This document shows, piece after piece, positions 35,506 to 39,019 of a stretch of 39,019 bases of DNA (position 1 is the stretch's first letter; every line of letters starts with the position of its first letter). This DNA is from Octopus bimaculoides (Eukaryota), in assembly GCF_001194135.2 (NCBI RefSeq), contig NC_069000.1, forward strand, positions 30,086,485 through 30,125,503. Direction: 5' to 3'. The position numbers and the translations under genes are program-made. The notes beneath the pieces are model-generated. The model made no database searches, was not told the DNA's origin, and saw only the letters and a list, made by a program, of their open reading frames with translations.

Positions 35506-35859
35506 ACTGCAATTTTCGCTGTTTGACCATTCTCATCAGTTTTCAATTGACTCCCATCTCATTCATAACTGATCCCTCCATAGACTCTACTGGCGTACAG
35601 AAGTAGCGAAAGTGCAACATGTTCAGATAAAAATACTCTACACATGCGATAACAATCAAGCTCGTATTTAGACCCACCTTGGCCCCCTAGGCCAATAAGT
35701 TTTGAGAGCCACTACAATTTTGCTAATTCAGAACGTAAGATAATAAAGAGACATAAAAAAGTTTGAAGAGGTCCAGAAACTAAAAATCTACTTCGTTAGA
35801 TGCTGAAGGACTCAGTTAAAATTAATTTTTTTTTATCAAAAAGAGTCCAGTAAATAAAA

Positions 35860-36536
35860 AATGATTCAATAATTTTAAGAATTCCTTTAGATTAAAACAA
35901 AATTAAGCACAAGAACATTACAAATCATTTATTCGATATATATTCTTTAATGTTTAACTCCAAGATTTGGCTCCATATTTTCATTCCTCAACTCTGTATA
36001 ATCTCATAAAGTTTGGGAGGAATCCATTGACCCAATTTACTGACTTTTCCGATGGCACACAGGTGTCGATGAATGGTTGAATGACCAAATCCAAGCTTCT
36101 CTGCTAGTTCCTCAACAGTTATAATGGGATTTTCTGCTCCACCAGGGTTTGCAGGACGTCCTCGTCGAACTCTACAGATCTTCCAGGACGAGGCTCATCT
36201 TCTAGACTGTTGTTTCCGGCTTGGAATTTCTGGAACCACTGTTGACACTGACTTATGCTTATTGTCTGATTCATCCCCATATACTGCATTAATATTCCTC
36301 ACACTTTCCATTGTGTTGTTGCCTTTATTGAACTCATAAAACAAAATATGCCGAATATGCTCCTTTGTTGCTTCCATTATAGCTTTGAAAAAATAACTGT
36401 TAAAATCGAACTGCACTCTTCAAAACTTGCACTAAGAATAAGGACAAGATAAAATTACTACCTGCTTTTATAGCAAGTTGATGCAGGTACTTTATCCCGT
36501 CCCCCTCCGACGCATTATTTATGAGATGACCCAATA
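35860..36536 (-). mobile_element. Internally deleted mariner element (HTH-coding 5' half plus 3' end)
   Basis: TA-TTGGGTCATCTCATAAAATAATGC terminus; MEATKEHIRHILFYEFNKGNNTMESVRNINAVYGD is a Mos1-like N-terminus. Confidence 0.8.
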
Positions 36537-36760
36537 TAACTGTTGTGCAAATATTTCTATTTTGCAAATTAAATGTTTTAGCAAAGAAACTCCGCTTCCG
36601 TTAATTCATAAATAAATGTTTTCCCTTCTTTGAAAGCAGGAGTGGTTATCTTGTACGATATCTAATATACATTTATTCGTTTGTTTGTTTTTTAAATTAA
36701 AATGCATGCCATAGGTCCCTGACTTATTTCTCTTGACGTGTTTTCATTTACATACATACA

Positions 36761-37142
36761 TTGTTGGCACTCCGTCGCTTACAACGTCGAGGGTTCCAGT
36801 TGATCCGATCAACTGAACAGCCTGCTCGTGAAATTAACGTGCAAGTGGCTGAGCACTCCACAGACACGTGTACCCTTAACGTAGTTCTCAGGGATATTCA
36901 GCATGACACAGTGTGACAAGGCTGACCCTTTGAATTACAGGCACAACAGAAACAGGAAGTAAGAGTGAGAGAAAGTTGTGGTGAAAGAGTACAGCAGGGT
37001 TTGCCACCATCCCCTGCCAGAGCATCATGGAGCTTTTAGGTGTTTTCGCTCAATAAACACTCACAACGCCCGGTCTGGGAATCGAAACCGCGATCCTATG
37101 ACCGCGAATCCGCTGCCCTAACCACTGGGCCATTGCGCCTCC
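36761..37142 (-). mobile_element. tRNA-derived SINE (family D)
   Basis: Head GGAGGCGCAATGGCCCAGTGGTTAGGGCAGCG..GGTTTCGATTCC (clear A and B boxes) followed by about 300 bp of non-tRNA body; CpGs retained, suggesting a young copy. Confidence 0.82.
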
Positions 37143-37164
37143 ACTACACACATACATACATATC

Positions 37165-38080
37165 AAAACCCGCAAAATCCTGACAATAAGTGGGAACTTC
37201 CACAGAAACAGTGATGCTGACAGTCTCTACCTCAGCAGAAATGAAGGTGGTACAGGCCTGAGATCAATGCAGACGGCGGCCTTCGAATGCCGTATGGTAT
37301 CACTCAGGCAGCACCTGCTGAACAACATCAGCAAAAATGAATATATAAATGCAGTGCTGAAAAGTGAAGTGAGCAACATTGTACGAGTTGATAATGAGCT
37401 CCCCAAGAAGCACTCTCTTCCTGATGATCTCCTATACAGCCCCAAAACAGAGAATACCTGGATGGAAGGCACTCAGCATACAAAGAAAAAAAGACTATGC
37501 ATGGATATGTTGCCCGAAAGCTTGAAGAAGACAATAGAGTTGACACGAAGCGCAGCCTCTCTTGGACACAAGACCACTACATCACATCACACTTTGAAGG
37601 CTATGCGTGTGCAATCCAGGAACAGGAGATTTCCACAAAGTACCTCGTGAACAAGAGAGACTATGACGCTCTTGTAATCCCAAGGTGCAACCGCATGTGT
37701 AGGCTATGTCATGTTTCTATGGAAGACATCAATCATGTGATTAGCAGCTGTCCCAAAATGTCGTCACGGTACTACCTCCCTACGCGACACGATGTTGTCG
37801 CTAAAACAATTTACAATGCCATCCACGAAAAAGACTGTCTTGAATTAAACATAGAAAGTCCATCTGTTATGGAATACATTCATAAACACCAATATTCCCA
37901 TCAGAATTTCTGTCAAATGTAAATATAACAGGCCGGATACTGTTGTTTGGGACAGAGGGACAAAGGTATATACCGTCATAGAGGTCAGCTGCCCTGCAGA
38001 TATAAATATCTCTTTGAAGATCAAAGAAAAAGAGGATATGTATGGACAATTGCTTCGAAACCTCTATCATAAATGCAGGC
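37165..38080 (+). mobile_element. Fragment of an RLE-type non-LTR retrotransposon (R4/Dong/NeSL-like): post-RT region, CCHC knuckle and restriction-like endonuclease
   Basis: LYLSRNEGGTGLRS; EGYACAIQEQEISTKY; CRLCHVSMEDINHVISSCPKM; RHDVVAKTIY; RPDTVVWD...VIEVSCP...KEKEDMY; frameshifts. Confidence 0.88.
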
Positions 38081-38393
38081 CAACACTAAATTTTCAATTT
38101 TTTTGTCTTGTTATTTTTCAACGCTATATTCATATGAAATATATTGATATACAGCAATATAACATATTTTCTAATCGCTTCCCGCTTCAACTGCATTTAC
38201 ATACAGAAGTGTCATGCTCGATTAAAGGGGGAGAAGTAATGCAGTACAAAATTATAGTATTAAGGAGTTATTTCCCTTGAATGATTTATAATTTTTATAC
38301 CTTATCTTTTCCTTCGATGATATTAAATATTTTAGATTTTTTAAATAAATATTGTAAAAGGAATGCGAGACAGTGCTTGTTGTCTGTATAGAT

Positions 38394-38578
38394 CAGTGCT
38401 CCGCAACCTTTTTTCCCTTGCGGTACACACATATTCTTTTCAAACTTCGGCGGTACATTTCAACTAAAATTATAACTAAAAGCATAGGGGGAAAATTATA
38501 TTCAGGTTACACCGTGACACACCTAGCATCGTCTCGCGGCACACCAGTGTGCCGCGGCATATCGGTTGCGGAGCACTG
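38394..38578. mobile_element. hAT-family MITE, 185 bp
   Basis: TIRs CAGTGCTCCGCAACC / GGTTGCGGAGCACTG; 8-bp TSD GTATAGAT / GTATAGAC (7 of 8). Confidence 0.9.
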
Positions 38579-39019
38579 GTATAGACTCCCATACGGAGTC
38601 TATATAGACTATAGACGGGAAAATTGGTTGGAAATGGTTAAATACCGTTAATCTACTAATTTTGCTGATGTTGTTTAGTCCTAGTTCAACTGTGACTGAG
38701 GAGATCTATGAACAAAGGTACGCCATCCCTGGCCATCCTTCCTTTTTACTGGTATTTAGCGCTAACTTTTGCAATACGTTCTCTTTCTTTAAGACGATTC
38801 GTGTGCCATTTCTAGCAAGTCGTGAGACCACATATAGGCCCCCACGTTGGCACGCCCGTTGTTTCCGTGGACTCGAATGTGAACAGTCTACGGTCCATTC
38901 GATACTTTCACTTATTTAATAGGTTAGTCAGAGAATGATGATGATGATGATGATGATGACGACGATGATGTGGGGAAGGAGGTTATATGATGACCCGTAG
39001 AGTTATTGGACTGATCATC

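Noticed and set aside
36761-37142. tRNA-like heads here and at 12311, 22345 and 33742
   Set aside because: A and B boxes only, no complete cloverleaf, and they continue into repeat bodies; these are SINEs, not tRNA genes.

Overview
AT-rich, microsatellite-dense eukaryotic genomic DNA with six assembly gaps; the repeat families and simple-repeat load look like an octopus (coleoid cephalopod) draft genome (inference). The only host gene supported is a minus-strand, multi-exon leucine-rich-repeat gene resembling LRRC74A/B. Six phase-compatible exons (12497 down to 593) splice into consecutive 28-residue ribonuclease-inhibitor-type LRRs, and a probable acidic N-terminal exon lies at 26138-26342. 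The gene continues beyond position 1; its start exon and at least one internal exon were not found. The rest is mostly decayed mobile DNA: an RTE LINE, two RLE-type (R4/Dong-like) LINE fragments, two Penelope-like fragments (RT part and GIY-YIG part), several mariner relics and MITEs, hAT, piggyBac-type and Kolobok-type MITEs, and several tRNA-derived SINE families. The most notable signal is a short dispersed repeat headed by a minimal type I hammerhead ribozyme motif (16869-16906). A second copy of that repeat forms an inverted junction at the ribozyme (about 25575-25772), and a degenerate hammerhead-like motif lies behind the Penelope endonuclease remnant (28550-28627). No prokaryotic features or CRISPR arrays. 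Most entries in the ORF track are microsatellite or N-gap artefacts.
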